64,000 nucleotides of DNA from Eledone cirrhosa. Lineage: Eukaryota. The stretch lies in NCBI GenBank assembly GCA_964016885.1, contig OZ024740.1, positions 61,628,001-61,692,000 of the forward strand, read 5' to 3'. The position numbers were made by a program, and so were the translations under genes. A model generated the notes under the pieces. It was not told the origin of the DNA. It searched no databases and was given only the letters and a program-made list of their open reading frames with translations. Positions 38,428-52,935 of this stretch are shown here, one piece after another (the stretch's first letter is position 1; each line of letters begins with the position of its first letter).

Positions 38428-39861
38428 TATAGGCAAGTTTGTGCCAGGTTCAACTCATCTACGTAATGGTACAAGGTTGATGGCACAACATTAATCACTA
38501 GTGTCATTATTTCAGCATTAGTCATGAATAAATATTTATACAGAGTGCTGTTATTTTTGTTTCACCCCATGTCGGCCTTGATTGAACAGACTTATGATTA
38601 AAGGCATTCTAGCAGTGATCAAACCATATTTTTCCTATGTGCTAGTATCCAAGAAGTGCATTATCCAACATCTTTCATATTTTTAAGACAGTAGGGTGTG
38701 ATTTTAGAGAATTTGGTTATTTCCAGCAGATTGAACAACCAGTGCTGAAACAATTGATTCAATCCGCCACCATGGACATGTATTTTATTTTATTGATCCC
38801 AATTTGCTGAAAGGTAAATTGACCATGACAGAATTGGAACTCAGCACAAACAACTATAGTAAATACCTCAAGATATTCTATTTGATATCCTAACAATTCT
38901 GCCGATTTGCTTCCTTTGGAATTACATACATATACATTTATATTTATAGTAGAGCTGGTATACAGTTTTAGCATAAATTCCTCCTTCTCTCCCACCAAAT
39001 TTAGAGGACCTGAAAATGGTTATGGACTCTACCCTTCACTGCTTGTCTAAACAGCAAAAGAAAAAAAAAAGAAAAAGGGAAAATAAAAATTATATTGAAG
39101 CCAGAACACTGAACATTGTCAGAAGTATCAGTACTAAAAATATAGTTGGGGTTAATGTTTTACTATTTTTGCCAGCTGGAAAGAAAAAAATAAATCAATA
39201 TTTATGAAGATTACTTAATACTGAAAGAAATATTTACAGTTGAATCATCAATATTTATTCACTCTCTGGAATATAAATACAATAAATATGGCAAAGAGAA
39301 ACCCTCAAAACCAATGAAAATATTTGCAAAACATTTAATAAATAATTCAGATGTTTTAACTATATATATATTTTTTATCTATTTCAAATGCATAGCAATT
39401 TCCAAATCTCACTTGCTGTAGTTCTCTTGTAGTGCTTCAGAATGAGTAAATTGCAGATGTTTGTCACTGCCAATCTTCAGATTTTTTTTTTTAGTAGAAT
39501 AGATAAATGGAATAGTTATGTGATATTTGTTATCTTTTTCCACCAAAATATGGCTGTGTAGTTATGAAGTTCGCTTTGCAACCATATAGCTTTGGGTTCT
39601 ATCCCAATGAGTACCACCTTGGGCAAGTCTTTTCTACTATTACCTAAGACTGAGTAAATTTGTTAGATGTTAACTGAAGACCAATTTATATATATATATA
39701 TATATATATATTTTGAGTATATGTTGGTTGTTTACCGACACCTCAGTATGCAGATTGAAGCACTCGACGAAGTGCGCAGGTTGGTTTGGTTACACCGGAG
39801 TAATGTAAAATAAAATAAATAAGTCAAATATTTAAAATTTGGCTTCGTTTATTAAAGGTGT

Positions 39862-39916
39862 ACTGCTATATATATTTTGGTGACAGCCATCCTTGGCTGT
39901 GACCTCTTCAGGCAGT
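39862..39916 (-). ncRNA. Type I hammerhead ribozyme with G12A core change
   Basis: Minus strand ACTGC-CTGAAGA-GGTcACAGCCA agga TGGCTGTcACC-AAAA-tatat-ATA^GCAGT. Confidence 0.6.
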
Positions 39917-40707
39917 CCGAATTGGTGTGGTAGAGACGGGTACACATGGTGTTGAGGTGTTTACTCCGTCAATACTCCGATATGCCCAGTTCCTGGTTGG
40001 GTTATTTCTCTGAGGAACTGGAATCATATGAATTCGAACAAACGAATTTCGGCGTCAAAGGACACTCTCTCCTCCCATTGGTCAGTTGTGAGAACATTCG
40101 TCAGTCAAAAGTCTATAGAAATATTTTCTGATTGCCTTGCCTCAGGAAAAATTTCTATACACTTTTGAAGAAGAAAAAGTTTTTGGTCAAGTTGTTTACT
40201 TAAAGAAGTACATAAAATTCACAAATGCTAGACTTCATGTACCAAATTTTGTATGTTAAAATGTTTCATAGTAGTGGTAAAGATTGCAATAATAATGATT
40301 TCATTGAAATTAATAAAGAATTATATTAATAATGATAATGATAATCGTCATAATAATAACTTTCAGAATATAATGCAGTAGATCAATAGTTGCAATATTA
40401 TTAATAATAATGATTAGGAAGCTGATTTATAACTATGATGAAGTTAATAAAGAAACATTACATTAATAATAATGGTTTCTGATTTTATTATCAACCCATA
40501 TTATGTTTTCTATTCCTGATCTTCTTTTATATTGGAGTGAGTAACTGGATTAATATTAGTTTCTGATTTAGGCACAAGGCCAGCAATTTTGGGGGAGGGA
40601 AAATCGATTAAATCAACCCCAGTGCGTGACTGGTACTTCCATGCAAGCGTGGAAGATGGACATTAAACGATGATGATGATGATTAATAATAATAATAACA
40701 ACAGTCA

Positions 40708-40895
40708 TAATAATTGTTTCTACTTTTGGCACAAGGCCAGCAATTACCCAGTGCATTACTGGTACTTTATTTTATCGACCCCGTAAGGATGAAAGGCAAA
40801 GTCAACCTCGGCGGGATTTGAACTCAGATCGTAAAGGGACGTAACTATGCTGGAAAGCATGGCATCCGACCCTCTACCGATACTGCCAATCCACA
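40708..40895 (-). mobile_element. SINE family 2, full copy with target-site duplication
   Basis: Reverse complement of 37473-37663; CAACAGTCATAATAAT on both sides. Confidence 0.85.
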
Positions 40896-40976
40896 ACAGT
40901 CATAATAATAACTTTAAAACTGCCTGCAATCATAATGGTTATACCCATTGCTATTTATCACCATAATAGCAAGGTG

Positions 40977-41300
40977 AAGGCATGTGGCTTTGTGGTTAGG
41001 GAATTTGACTCATGATCCTAGGATTGTGAGTTTGATTCTCTGTGGCATGCTGTGTTGTTGAGCAAAAAACTTTATTTCATGTTGCTCTAGTTCACCTAGC
41101 TGACAAAAATGAGTTGCACCTGTAATTTGAAGGGCCAGCCTTGTCACATTCTGTGTCGTGCCGAATTTCCCTGAGAGCTGCGTTAGGGATACACGTGTTT
41201 GTGGAATGCTCAGTCACTTGCACATTAATTTCAGGAGTAGGCTATTCTATTGATTGGATCAATTGGACCACTCATTGTCGTAACTGACGGAGTGCCTTCC
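40977..41300 (+). mobile_element. tRNA-derived SINE, different 3' part
   Basis: TGGCTTTGTGGTTAG A-box and GAGTTTGATTC B-box; body similar to the 4478 family up to AAATGAG, then diverges. Confidence 0.7.
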
Positions 41301-41633
41301 AGCAATGTGTCATAATAAACAGATTAATAATAGCATTTGTCATGAATTCTGTGATTAATAATAGCCAAGGTACTCATAATATTTGCTATGATAGTGGTAA
41401 CTGTAACAAATAAGAAGTTTAATAGCAACAAAAGTTTAAGATACAACTAAAGCATAATGATAAAAGTTATGACGATTTTTATTACCTTTATTAATATAAT
41501 TCTTTATTAATTTTAACATTAATTGTTATTATTGCAATCATTACCATTACTACAAAGAATTTTAACTTTAGCTTAGAAAAGCAGATGGGAAAAGATTCTG
41601 TTAAATATTGCTTTTTGTTTTTAATACTTGCAG

Positions 41634-41733
41634 AAACTTTGCTGGACCAAAAGGGCCTTGTGTGGACTTCATTTGGCATTAATTTACCAGTGAGGAAAAA
41701 AAAAAGGCGAAGTGCTCTCTCATGCAGAATGAG
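41634..41733 (+). CDS. DCDC1: DCDC1-like coding exon 6 (inter-domain linker)
   Basis: TTGCAG acceptor, phase 1; (K)TLLDQKGLVWTSFGINLPVRKKKRRSALSCRM; donor AG|GTAATA, phase 2; resembles the DCDC1 WTxxG.LP...basic...LS.RM linker. Confidence 0.88.
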
Positions 41734-44700
41734 GTAATATCACTGAAGAGTTCTAAAATATAACGATTCATTTTGTATAGGCTTGTGACCTATTTTATTT
41801 TTATTGCTTTAACTTAGAAGAAAGGACTGTACCCATTGTTTTTCCAGTCCCTCTAAGACTGGTGAGATTGACACAGTTAATGTTTGCTTGAATAGTTTAT
41901 TGCAAGTTAAAGGGTGCAGGAAAAACATTTGGAGTAGAAATTCCAAAGTTAATATAGATGACAGGAAGTCTTGGGTGGAGGTAATATAAGATCAACCAAC
42001 CACAGACATGCTGCCTCCTTCCTCTGCCATTCCTAAATCTACTAGAATGGCTTCTCAAAGTTGGTTGATCTTATATTACCTCCACTCAGATATTAGAGTA
42101 TGTTTAGGAGTGTCATTATATCAATCAGCCATGCAGCCTTTCATTGGATGCAATCTATGTTGTCTGTGTGTAGTGCAGCTCCATCTTAGAAATGGAAGCA
42201 GTACTCCAGCTGAGTTTTGTAAAAGATAAGTAGTTTTGGGGGAATGAAATATTTTATTTGTCCTGAAGATGAAAGTCAGTCTTTGTGATGTAGTCTTTGC
42301 TATGTTGAGGATGTCTGTTTATCAGAAGAGATCCTCAGTCTGGGTAAGGCCTAGCATTTGCAAGGGCCTTACAGACTATTCATGTTTTGAATGTGTATGT
42401 GTGTGAAAATGTTTCCTTGGTATATGTTTTTCAAGGAGTATACATAACAAAATCCATCTTAGCAGAAAGCTGGAGCCTATTTTATCTACTAGGGAGGGAT
42501 GAAAGGTAAAATTGGTGCTGGTGAAGATCTAGACAAAATAATATATTTACTAAAAGATAATCTGATGTTAAGAAAGTAGATATGAAGAATACATATATAT
42601 CTGAAGAAGTAGAATGTCATCCAAATATGGCCATCCTACACACCATTGGACACATATACTTGTATGCATACACACATATGTACACACATGTACATGCATA
42701 TCCACAATGGCTAAGATGAAACCTGCTTAAGACTATAGATATAATCCCCTTATATCGATTGTTCTGACAGAAAACAGAATGTTACATCTTAACAGAATTG
42801 AGAATTGCATAGATTAAGTCAATGCAATAAAAGTGTTGCTTTTCTTTGATGTTAGCCTATTTATAACATACAGTTAAATAGTTTCAATGGTGGAATTTAA
42901 GCCAGAAAGCTTTCACTTTAGATATAAGTAGTCCATCAGTCAGTCCATCAGCTGAAGTAACTGTAGAGAGATAGATTTATATATTGAAAGATTTGCCAAA
43001 CAAAGGTTAGGGAGGACTTTTAAACTGTGTCAAAGACATTATAACTTCCCTAATGTTGGTGATTTACATGATAAACACACCCACTACACTCTAAAGTGGG
43101 TAGTGATAGGGGAGGGCATCTAGCTCTAAAAAAAACTGATAGACTAAATGTCAACATAAGTCTTCAGCTGTGTTAAAGACATGACAACCTCCATAGTGCT
43201 GGTGTCATGATAAAATGCACTTGGTAGAGTGTGGTGTTGTATATAAGTGATTTGTGGACTGCTGTCCTGTCTGAATATTCAGTCGGCCCCTGACCCATTT
43301 GAGAGGTCTGTAGCTCTGCTTGAGTACCAACCCAGGCTGTTGGCGATACATCCAATCCTTGCTAGCAGGGAAAGTAGATGTTAAATGATGATGATAATGA
43401 TGATGATTAAGATGAAAGATTAATCCATTACAATCTGTTGTGTTAAATACATGACTACTGTTGCATGTTATACATGATGTACACTGGTTAGGAAGGTAAT
43501 AGTTTTAAACTCATTGTTTTTTCTTGGGTATTCTACTATACATTTCATCAAGAGATATTTTGTATTTAGAGAGGTGGATGGGCAGGATTGCTAAATTGTT
43601 AGAAAATTATGTCTTAGTATGTTCAGTTATATTTGTTTAAACAACAACAACACTGCCATGCTGCCGCCATTAAGGCATTGTGCTGATGCAACCATGAGCA
43701 CAAACAGACACTGTCTCTTGTCTTTTTTTCATTTAAGCCAACAGTTTATTACATGATATTATAATGGAAGGTTTAAATTCAAATATGAACACTAAATCAA
43801 ATGATTTCATCATAGAACCAGGATTAGTTTCAGGCAGTTTAGTATCAAAAGGGTTAATATATAAAAATGAATGTATGCAATTTTTAAGTTGTAGGTCATA
43901 GTTTTGCATTAAAATTTTACGCAGGTGCACATTTTTTCCAGGAGATGATTATAAAGTTGTAACATTTTTGAAATTTGTTCTTTTTAGCTCCAGAGAGAAA
44001 AAATTAACTTTGAATATTGCATACCCCACAAGGTCTTCAATAGATATTGGAAAAAGTTATTGATTAGAAAAATAATTCATTTAGTAAATTAATAGGGAAT
44101 TTTGAAAAAAAGCTTGTTTTCTAAAAAAATGTAAAAGTGAATTTTTTTTCAAGTTTTATATTTATTTGTTCATTCTTATGAAGTTCTACTTGAACCATCT
44201 TATGGTTGGCTTGAATGTAACAATTCTGAGCGAATCAACATTACTAGATCAAAGAAAATTGTCAGTATCTTTTTAAAACAATTTATTGAAAACATAGTAA
44301 CTTCATGGGGTTATATTTATTTAAAGTGTAAATAAACTAGGGAAAAACCAGCTATATCTGTTTGTCCTTTATATTTTTGTGTTTTACCAATCAAAAGATT
44401 GGTTGAATCTCCAGTCACTTTCCAATTTATCATCGTTTTACATCATACATGGTCTACGATTCCTAACCATAAATGTTTCCTAATGATCAGAACTATTTTG
44501 GTGTTTGTTTTTCTAAAACATTATGATGGTTGATTAGGCAGCATAATTAAAAGATGTTTGATATTTGTTCTGGCTTTCTATATAAGAAAAGTTAACAAAA
44601 AACAACATTATAGTTGGAAAAGAGTTTTAATGCTTTGGATACTAGTCCTTCATCAGAGGATAAAAAGAGAGAGAGAAGTAAGGATGTTTGGGAGAGAAAG

Positions 44701-46550
44701 AAAAAAAGGGACACAAATGAGAGTAACAAGGAAAACGGGAGTGGGGGTGTTATTAGGAGAGAAAGCATATGTTAGTCAACTATCTTTAAAAAATAAAAAT
44801 GAAAATCTGAATGAGGCTAGATTATCAAAGAGTAGATGAGTATCAATGAAGATGGGAAAGATATATGTATTTTTGTGTGTGTTTGTTTGTCCATAGTGGT
44901 CAGTATATGAAGAAAGTTGCATTGGACTATGACTATATGTGAAGGGTTATTATGTGTGTGTGTAATAAAAACAGTATTGGGGAAACTGGTACAATGTGAA
45001 TATATAAAGATGGAACTAGAGTAGGGTAGAATAAGAATGGCAAAAGGAAACAATAATATTTCACGGTTGGGACAAATGAAGAAAAATGTTCCAATGATCT
45101 TTTCTTTTGTTGTATCATTGACTGTTGGTGGAAATGGGACATGCTCAGACCAGTCATAATAGCCAGTCTGTTGATTAGTAGAGCCTCTTTTATCCACAAA
45201 TTACCCACATTCCTTCAGCCATACAGTTAATGTTGACCCAGTTAGCCATTTATATTTTGCCTCGCTCATCTACCTTTCATCTCCAATATTAAAATTTTGA
45301 AAGGCAGCCTCTTTGCTTTAATAATTTTGATCATATCATTTTTATCATATGGTGTATTGGCAGAAATGTTTGAGCATCAGTGAAAATACTTTGCAGAATT
45401 TAGTTACAGTTCTTTACATTCTGAGTTCAAGTTCTGCCAAGGTCAGTTTTGCCTTACATCATTTGGGGATCCATGAAAGAAAGTACCAGTAAACTACTGA
45501 GGTTGATATAATTGAATTTCCCCTTTACCCAAACCATTTGTATTATATTATTATTAGAAAGAATTATGTCATAAAGAAATTTAAGCCAATTTTGAGTGTT
45601 AGCTTAAAAAATAGTTGAAAAAATGATATTTATTTAAGACACCAATATTTAGATTTGGCTAAAACTATCCATTGGTATTCAGTAGACATTTTATCAGTAA
45701 ATAAAATGTCAAAGAATTACCCAAACTCTTTGTAAAGATGAATATGTTATGGTGGAAATGTCAACAAGTTGTTTATAATAGTCCATCAATAAGACATTAT
45801 TTCTATTGAATATTATTTGGAATCAACTTTAAATCTCATTCTTATTTTAATTTGTGCCACAATCTTAGAAGAATGGAGTCAATATCTATCAGAGTGGTAT
45901 GGGGGATAGCTAATTGGAACTCTCCATTCCAGAGAGGCTAATCCCTGTTGAAGACATGACTCTAATCATTTACGTAATGTTTACTAACATTACCTAATTT
46001 TTGTGCATGATAAGCAGACATAAAAACAATGATGATGATGATGATAGCAGTTCCATTCGGACTGCCACTAGCAAACTAATGCATTGGTCCTGGGCCAGAA
46101 AATCAAATTTTCTACCCACATGAAATCGTTTTTCTCACTAATTAACATATAAAAGTGCACTCTAATTTTCTTGGGTTCGTATTCTATTCGATACTGACTT
46201 AATTAAATTATTGAGTTAGTGATAAAATGACTGAAACTATGTTGGCTCTGTTTGATAGCTTTGTTTCATTCATTATCATCATCATCATCATCATTTAACG
46301 TCCATTTTCCACTTTAGCATGGGTTCTCCCAGTGGATTAACTCACATTCATATTCTAAGTTGAACTTTTTTATTTTGTTTATTATAGTTCAATTTATTTA
46401 TTAATTGTCTGCAACTATTCTTTACTTTCTCTATGGAAGCCCTGGTTGGGTGCTTCATAACTTGTTTCTATTTTTCAATTTGTATTTGTGCCAATGTGTT
46501 CACTGTTAAGTAGAGATTAAATATTCATTTTATTATGGCTAAATAGTGAG

Positions 46551-46600
46551 TCTTGTTACTTTGGAGTTTCACCTGCTTCTCGCACCATCATCAGACAAGA
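46551..46600 (-). ncRNA. Candidate type I hammerhead ribozyme
   Basis: Minus strand TCTTGT-CTGATGA-tggTGC gagaa GCAggt-GAAACT ccaa AGTA^ACAAGA: perfect 6-bp stem I, 3-bp stem III, weak stem II. Confidence 0.6.
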
Positions 46601-49600
46601 ACTGTTCTTGTCTGATGACCCCATGAATATATCATACACACACACTCACACACAACACATATATGTATGTGTAACACAAACATATATACATATATACATA
46701 TATGTGTGTGTATATATAATCTTTTCTATCTCTATTTACGTAATTTGAAATATTTTTTAACATTCTGTATGACATCAAATAACTGTTTGTTCCCCAAATA
46801 TTTTTCAATAGAGATGTAGTCTCAGTTGGGTTGTGCTCAATGTAGTAGATAGTATAGATTATCACAATTATGTAGTTGATTTCCTGGTCTATTTATTACC
46901 AAGAATGATTAATTAATCCATTACAAGTAACCCACAGAGTTATAAATAGATAGGTTAATAGAAAAAAACATTAAAGCACATTTGTTGATGCGCATTAATT
47001 CATTTATCAAATATTGATGAATCTTACAAATGTTTCAATGCATTCTGCAATTTGCCTATGAAATCTGTGTCATTGTATAAGTCATTATCATACACTGCCT
47101 GATAATAGTTTCCATGGATCTCCTCAGAGAAGGTTCAATGAATAATGAGATTTGAATGCTCATAACCACATAGATACCCTCCACCAAGCACACATAAGCA
47201 TACACACTCACTTACATATGCATGTACACATATATTTTTGTACTCACAAATATGCATATATATATGCATGTGCATATCTGTGAATGTAAGTTCATTTTGG
47301 TTGTCTTAGAAAAATGACCATAGTGTGAGAGATGTTAGTAGGATGACTAGTGTTCTGGAATCTGGCCAATGAATGGTGTGCACGGATCGTTAGGTAAATG
47401 GAGAGTGGTCATAAGTATAAAACTATGTTGACCTTGATCATAGAAGGCTGAAGAAATATGTTAGTGGTAGTGGGATACTTAGTTTGTTGGGATTTGGCCA
47501 ATTAATGGTTTGTGAGAGACATTAAACTAATGGGGAGTGGTTACAAGTGAAAATCAAGTTGAAGTAGAGAAGAAGGTATATAGGTGAAGGGGTTACAAAG
47601 GAGGTATATAGGTGAAGGGGTTACAATCACCATTTCGGCTGTTAAGTGGGTATAGACAAATGGGTTAACACATATATACATCTGTAATTTATAGCTTTAT
47701 CTATAGATAATAAACACAACCACAAGGATATGGTCCGAATGTAGAAGAGCTGAACTCCCACTGTCACCGCCTCCATTTCTCTGTATGGTGAGCAAATGGG
47801 GTCCCGCATGCTGGCCTCCCCACAGCCCCGACGGACAGAATGGAGTAAGCATTTCCCCGGAGGATGGTAAGGGAAGTGAAGGGGTTATAATCTGAACCAG
47901 AGAGCTGGAGGGATAGTGGTGTTAAAGTGTAGAAGAAGAGAAAGTCAATATTGTCATTTAGATGACCATTTTAGTGCCATATAAAAGAAGATAGAGGTAT
48001 TGGTTGACTCCATGATGTATAAGAAATTAAGTGGATACTTGAAGTAGAATTTTGTGGCACATATAGAGTCAAAACCATTATAAGATAAGTTTTATGTGGG
48101 ACTAAGAAAACGAAGGTAACTGTGTGTATGTGTGAATTTTAAGTTTACATTAAATGTGTGGGGAGTTTGAGTTTGAATCATGTATGGTTAGAGCAATTGA
48201 TGGTGTGGGTGTTGTAGTTTATGTTAAATGTATGTGTGGAGAGTATGAGATTGAAATGTATGTGGTTGTATTAACTTGAAGTTTACTTATCAGTCTGAGC
48301 ATTTTCTAAATCATAATGCAATGCATGTGTTCTGTGGTGTGTGGATGGTTGCATATCTAACTTTGACAGTAAACTTAGTATACCTTATCATCATCACCAT
48401 CATTTTACGTCCGCTTTTCCCTGCTTGCAAGGGTGGGACGGGTCTTATATGTTTATATATTCTGTATGTATATGTTGGTATCGTTGTGTATATGTTAAGG
48501 TTTGCAGATTGTTGTGTGATGCTTTTGAGTTAAAGAAAAGTTTATTTGGCTGGTTGATAGAAAATATAGATATGGTGGAAATATGGATTAGCATGAATTA
48601 TATTTAGAGAATGTTTTAAAAGTTTTATGTTAGCAATTGAAGGTCTAGTCATGTCTGAATTTTAACCGTTCCCTTGTAGTCATGATTTCAAGTACTTCAA
48701 GTGAGCAAAGCTCACATTCACGTCTTTCACCCTGACAAGGCTTGACAACTGCTACTGTTGTTAAAGTTCATTCATACATACAATAAAAATGTTATACACA
48801 AGGGCTACAAAATGTGTGGTGGTGGATAATAAGCAAAGTTATATACTTGAGGGGAGGGATAAAAGTGTCATATAATGTATTTGAGAACATGTTTACAAAT
48901 GGATATAGATTAAATGCATAGAATAAATAATTGTTTCTACTTTTGGCACAAGGCCAGCAATTACTCAATGTATTACTGGTACTTTATTTTATCGACCCTG
49001 TAAGGATGAAAGGCAAAGTTAACCTCGGCGGGATTTTGAACTCAGATTGGAAAGAACTGTAACTCTATGCATTAAAGCATGGCGTCCGACTCTCTACCGA
49101 TACTACCAATCCACCATAAATAATTGTTTCTACTTTTGGCACAAGGCCAGCAATTACCCAGTGTATTACTGGTATTTTATTTTATCAACCCCGTAAGGAT
49201 GAAAGGCAAAGTTAACCTTGGCGGGATTTGAACTCAGAATGGCAATCCACCATAAATAATGATTATGTATAAACACTAAAAAAAAATGTACATATCTGAT
49301 AACCTACTCACCCACCCACAGTTGAGAATCTGCTAGGTAGGCTGAGTTAAAGTACGCCATGGATTTGCTCACATGTTCTGACTATGAATAGTTGGAATGA
49401 ATAAAAAGGAGCATATGTTCTGATAGCTCAGGTGTAATTGTCAGTGGATTGCTCATGTGATTCTCCCCAGCAGTCTATACTTTGAGTGATCTCTATACTT
49501 TGTCATTCATTTTTATTTGAATATTAGAAACTGAAAATTAAAGTAGATGATAATAATGATGGCAATGATGATGATAATGACAACGATGATGATGGTGGCA

Positions 49601-49770
49601 TTGATGATGAAAATAATTGCAAGGATTATGACAGTGGTAGAAATGATGATGATGATGGGGAAAAGGAAGGATATTTAAGTAGGTGGTATTAGTGGTGGTG
49701 GAGTTTTAGTGGAGGAGCTGATATCTTTATTTGATATATTATGGGATTTGATATGCTTTGTCTTTTTCAG

Positions 49771-49870
49771 AGCTTTAACAATGAAAAAGAATATTCGAAT
49801 TGTGGTGTTCCAAAATGGCTTTGGTAGTGAAGCAATTGAAATAGTTGCAGATGCTAACAAGATTGATGAG
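49771..49870 (+). CDS. DCDC1: DCDC1-like coding exon 7 (start of second DCX domain); gene probably continues beyond the window
   Basis: TCTTTTTCAG acceptor, phase 2; (R)ALTMKKNIRIVVFQNGFGSEAIEIVADANKIDE; donor GAG|GTTAGT, phase 0. Confidence 0.88.
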
Positions 49871-50008
49871 GTTAGTGCTTATAATTTTCACAGTTCAAAT
49901 ATAGTTTATCACAGGTAACATTTCCAGGAGATCAAGTAAATATTCCTTAAAACAAGGGCCAAAGAAAGCAAGTGGTACATGTATGTATTGATTGCGAGTA
50001 GACATATA

Positions 50009-50109
50009 CAGGGTGTTCTCCAAAAATATGTATACACACTTTGATTACCTGTACAGGCAATATTTATTAGAATGTTGTTGAAGTGTGTATACATTTTTGG
50101 GGGACACTA
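50009..50109. mobile_element. Short Tc1-type MITE
   Basis: TA|CAGGGTGTTCTCCAAAAATATGTATACACACTT ... AAGTGTGTATACATTTTTGGGGGACACTA; TA flanks. Confidence 0.65.
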
Positions 50110-51454
50110 TATATCTTTGAATTTCGACCAGAATTAATAGAAACAAGTGATGTCATCAGTAAATCAACAAAGGTTTTCATGAAAGCCATCAGAGTGATGA
50201 CAGTTGAAGTGATGGATTAATAAGAAAAACATCATTATCATCATCATCACTACTGCTTAACATTTATTTTCTATGCTTGCATGAGTTAGCTGGGTTGTCA
50301 CATTTTGCAACTTGACAGGTCAGGTGGTCAGGTCTTGCTCATACATTCTTTTTTTGACTTGGTTTCTATGACTGGATGCCCTTCCTAATGACAACCACTT
50401 TACAGCATGTACTGGGAGCATTTTTCATAGTACCAGCATTACTACCTCGCAGAGAAGACTGTGTGTTTTGTTGTGGCATCAGCAGTACCACCTTATAGAG
50501 TGGATTGAGTGTTTTTTGTTGTGACATCAGCACTGCTACCTACAGGTTGGACTGGGTGCTTTTTGTTGTGGCACTAGCATTAAAGGAAAATATAAAGAGG
50601 AAAAGGCTGATCCTCAGATCAAAAGAAGGAACTGTTTCCATTGGCCTTTTCATTATATTATCTATCAATTGCAAGTCCTAAGAGAAGTATCACCATTTTC
50701 CCTGTGACAGGATTTGAACTCAGAATGCACAGAGTTAGAATGGATACCGCTTTAACAATTGTGGCAATCCATCACCCTGGACTGGTATTTATTTCTTGAC
50801 TCCTTAAACATTTTCAGAAAACTCTTTGACTTATATTCCTGCATGCTGTCATCTGTAATAACGTATTTTACCAAAATAATAGTGGATTATTCCACTCCCA
50901 TTATCTGTCTATATGTATAGTGTGGCCGTGCAAATATGTATGTTAATTTAAGAGTGTGCAGAGGTGTAGTAGATTTCACTGGTTGGCACTGGATGGTCTT
51001 TTGTGTCCCAGTGTCTGTTCAACATGTCACTTAGTGAACTGATGAAAGCACAATATATGCTCTTTCAAGTCGAGTACCTAGCCTCACTCAGTTCGAAGAC
51101 TGCCCTGCATGGTGAAAAGCCACATGCTACAAGAAGTGCCTCTGATATGGCTGTCATAGGATAGTCTAGCAGAACAGGTCAGATCTAGAGGAGTAAGCTT
51201 CAATAAGCTTTGTCTCATAGTAAGCAGTAGCTCATGTGATGATCATCAGTTTGATTAAATGACCTTGGCGTCGTGAACACCAGTGGCCTCGTAGATGATC
51301 GACTATTAATTTTACAATAGGTTGGCACAACTGCTCCATGTAGCAGAAAAATCAATGTGTATGTAGGTGTGGCGAGCCACATATATTCTAGCTATTAGAA
51401 AAAGCAAAGTGAATGCTTCAACTTCGATGCAGGGATGACTAAATAAGAAAAAGT

Positions 51455-51485
<31 letters not shown>

Positions 51486-52289
51486 CATTATCATCATTAT
51501 TATCATTATTTTACATCCGCTTTCCATGCTTGCATGGATGGAAGAATTACAAACACCTGTTCATAGACGTTTAGCTCATTTGGATGATGTGCTATAGAAA
51601 ATCAATACCACTTGATGCTGAGATAGGATGATTGAAACATCCCTTCCTCTTATTTTAATGTTGGTAATTAGTATAATTAAAGGTGTTTTTTTTTTTAGTA
51701 AAGACTACACCTGGCGACACCAGTGAAATATTTCAGTTGTAGATTTTGATGAAATCCTTGGCAGAGCTGTTCTGCTAGAGAACAGGTTGCAGGTGATGGA
51801 TAGTGATATGGCTACAGCATATGATGGCTAGTTGCGATATAAGTGGGTACCTGCTGGACAAATAAGCAACCCACTGACCAACAGTGGTAAACTACAAAGA
51901 AAGATAGAGCAATGGGTAACACCTTTAGCTCCAAAGAAAACTCTCACGACCCCATGGTGTAATTATGATGAGGTGAGTAAAAGCTGCCTCCAAAAAAGCC
52001 TACTCTTTCAGGGTCTGAGAAAAGTACCAAATTGGTGACTGTCACGAATAAGACCACCAAAAATCACTGCAATATAGCAAGACACAACAAAGGCAGTCAT
52101 ACTGCACTATCCTTCGTGCAAGTTAACAAGGAATGCGTGCAGGCCTTAGGTATTAAGGCCTGTTCAAAAAATATATTGCAGTATCCATATTATGCTGTAA
52201 AAATTGGCGATGGGCCCGCAACCTGTACTGTGAGGCATAGGATGGAAATACAAAGATTGCATATCCTGAGACCCCATGGGGAGGGGGGT

Positions 52290-52935
52290 TCAAAAAGGAG
52301 AAAACTGTAGAATTTGGAACCTGGAACATCACGACCCTTACAGGCAAGGAGCAGGAACTAGTGGAAGAGGCTAGATGCTACCGGCTAGATAGTGTCAGAG
52401 TTTTCTCAACAAAGTTTCACGGCTCTGGTACTGTAGATTTGGATGAAGGATGGAAACTCCAGTATTCAGGTGTAACACCAGAGATGACTGCACAGGCAGG
52501 AGTAGGGACACTCACAACCCCCCGGCTGTCAGAATGTGTTATGCCATGGATACCATTTGAAGATTTGATACCATTTGAAGATTTGGCTGGAAGATAGGAC
52601 TCTGTGGGTGGTTCAAGTTTATGCACCAAACAAGGGGTCCGAATATAGGTCCTTCCTTGATGAAGTCACTGCAACATTAGATGTAGTTAAGACTGAGTCA
52701 TATATCCTGATGAGAGACTTCGATGTACATGTTGGCACTGACCACCTGACATGGAAAGGAGTGATTAGAAGGAGTGGCAATCTTGATCTAAATACGAATG
52801 GAGAGGTCTTATTAGACTTCTGTTCTAGCAATGGACTCTCTATTACAAACAACTTCTTTCAGCACAGAGACATCTATAATTATACATGGTATGAGGAGAA
52901 TCAAGGACAGAGATCAATAATTGATTTTGTTCCAT
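52290..52935 (+). mobile_element. APE endonuclease remnant of a second, divergent RTE-type LINE
   Basis: FGTWNITTLTGKEQELVEEA...AQAGVG...VQVYAPN...DFDVHVG...NGEVLLDFC...NNFFQH...SIIDFV, frameshifted. Confidence 0.85.

Noticed and set aside
44620-44660. Minus-strand CTGATGA-AGGA ctagta TCC-AAAG
   Set aside because: Probably a decayed hammerhead relic, but GAAA and stems I/III are lost; not listed as a feature.
51030-51075. CTGATGA followed by a small hairpin
   Set aside because: No GAAA, stem III or stem I partner, so not a hammerhead.
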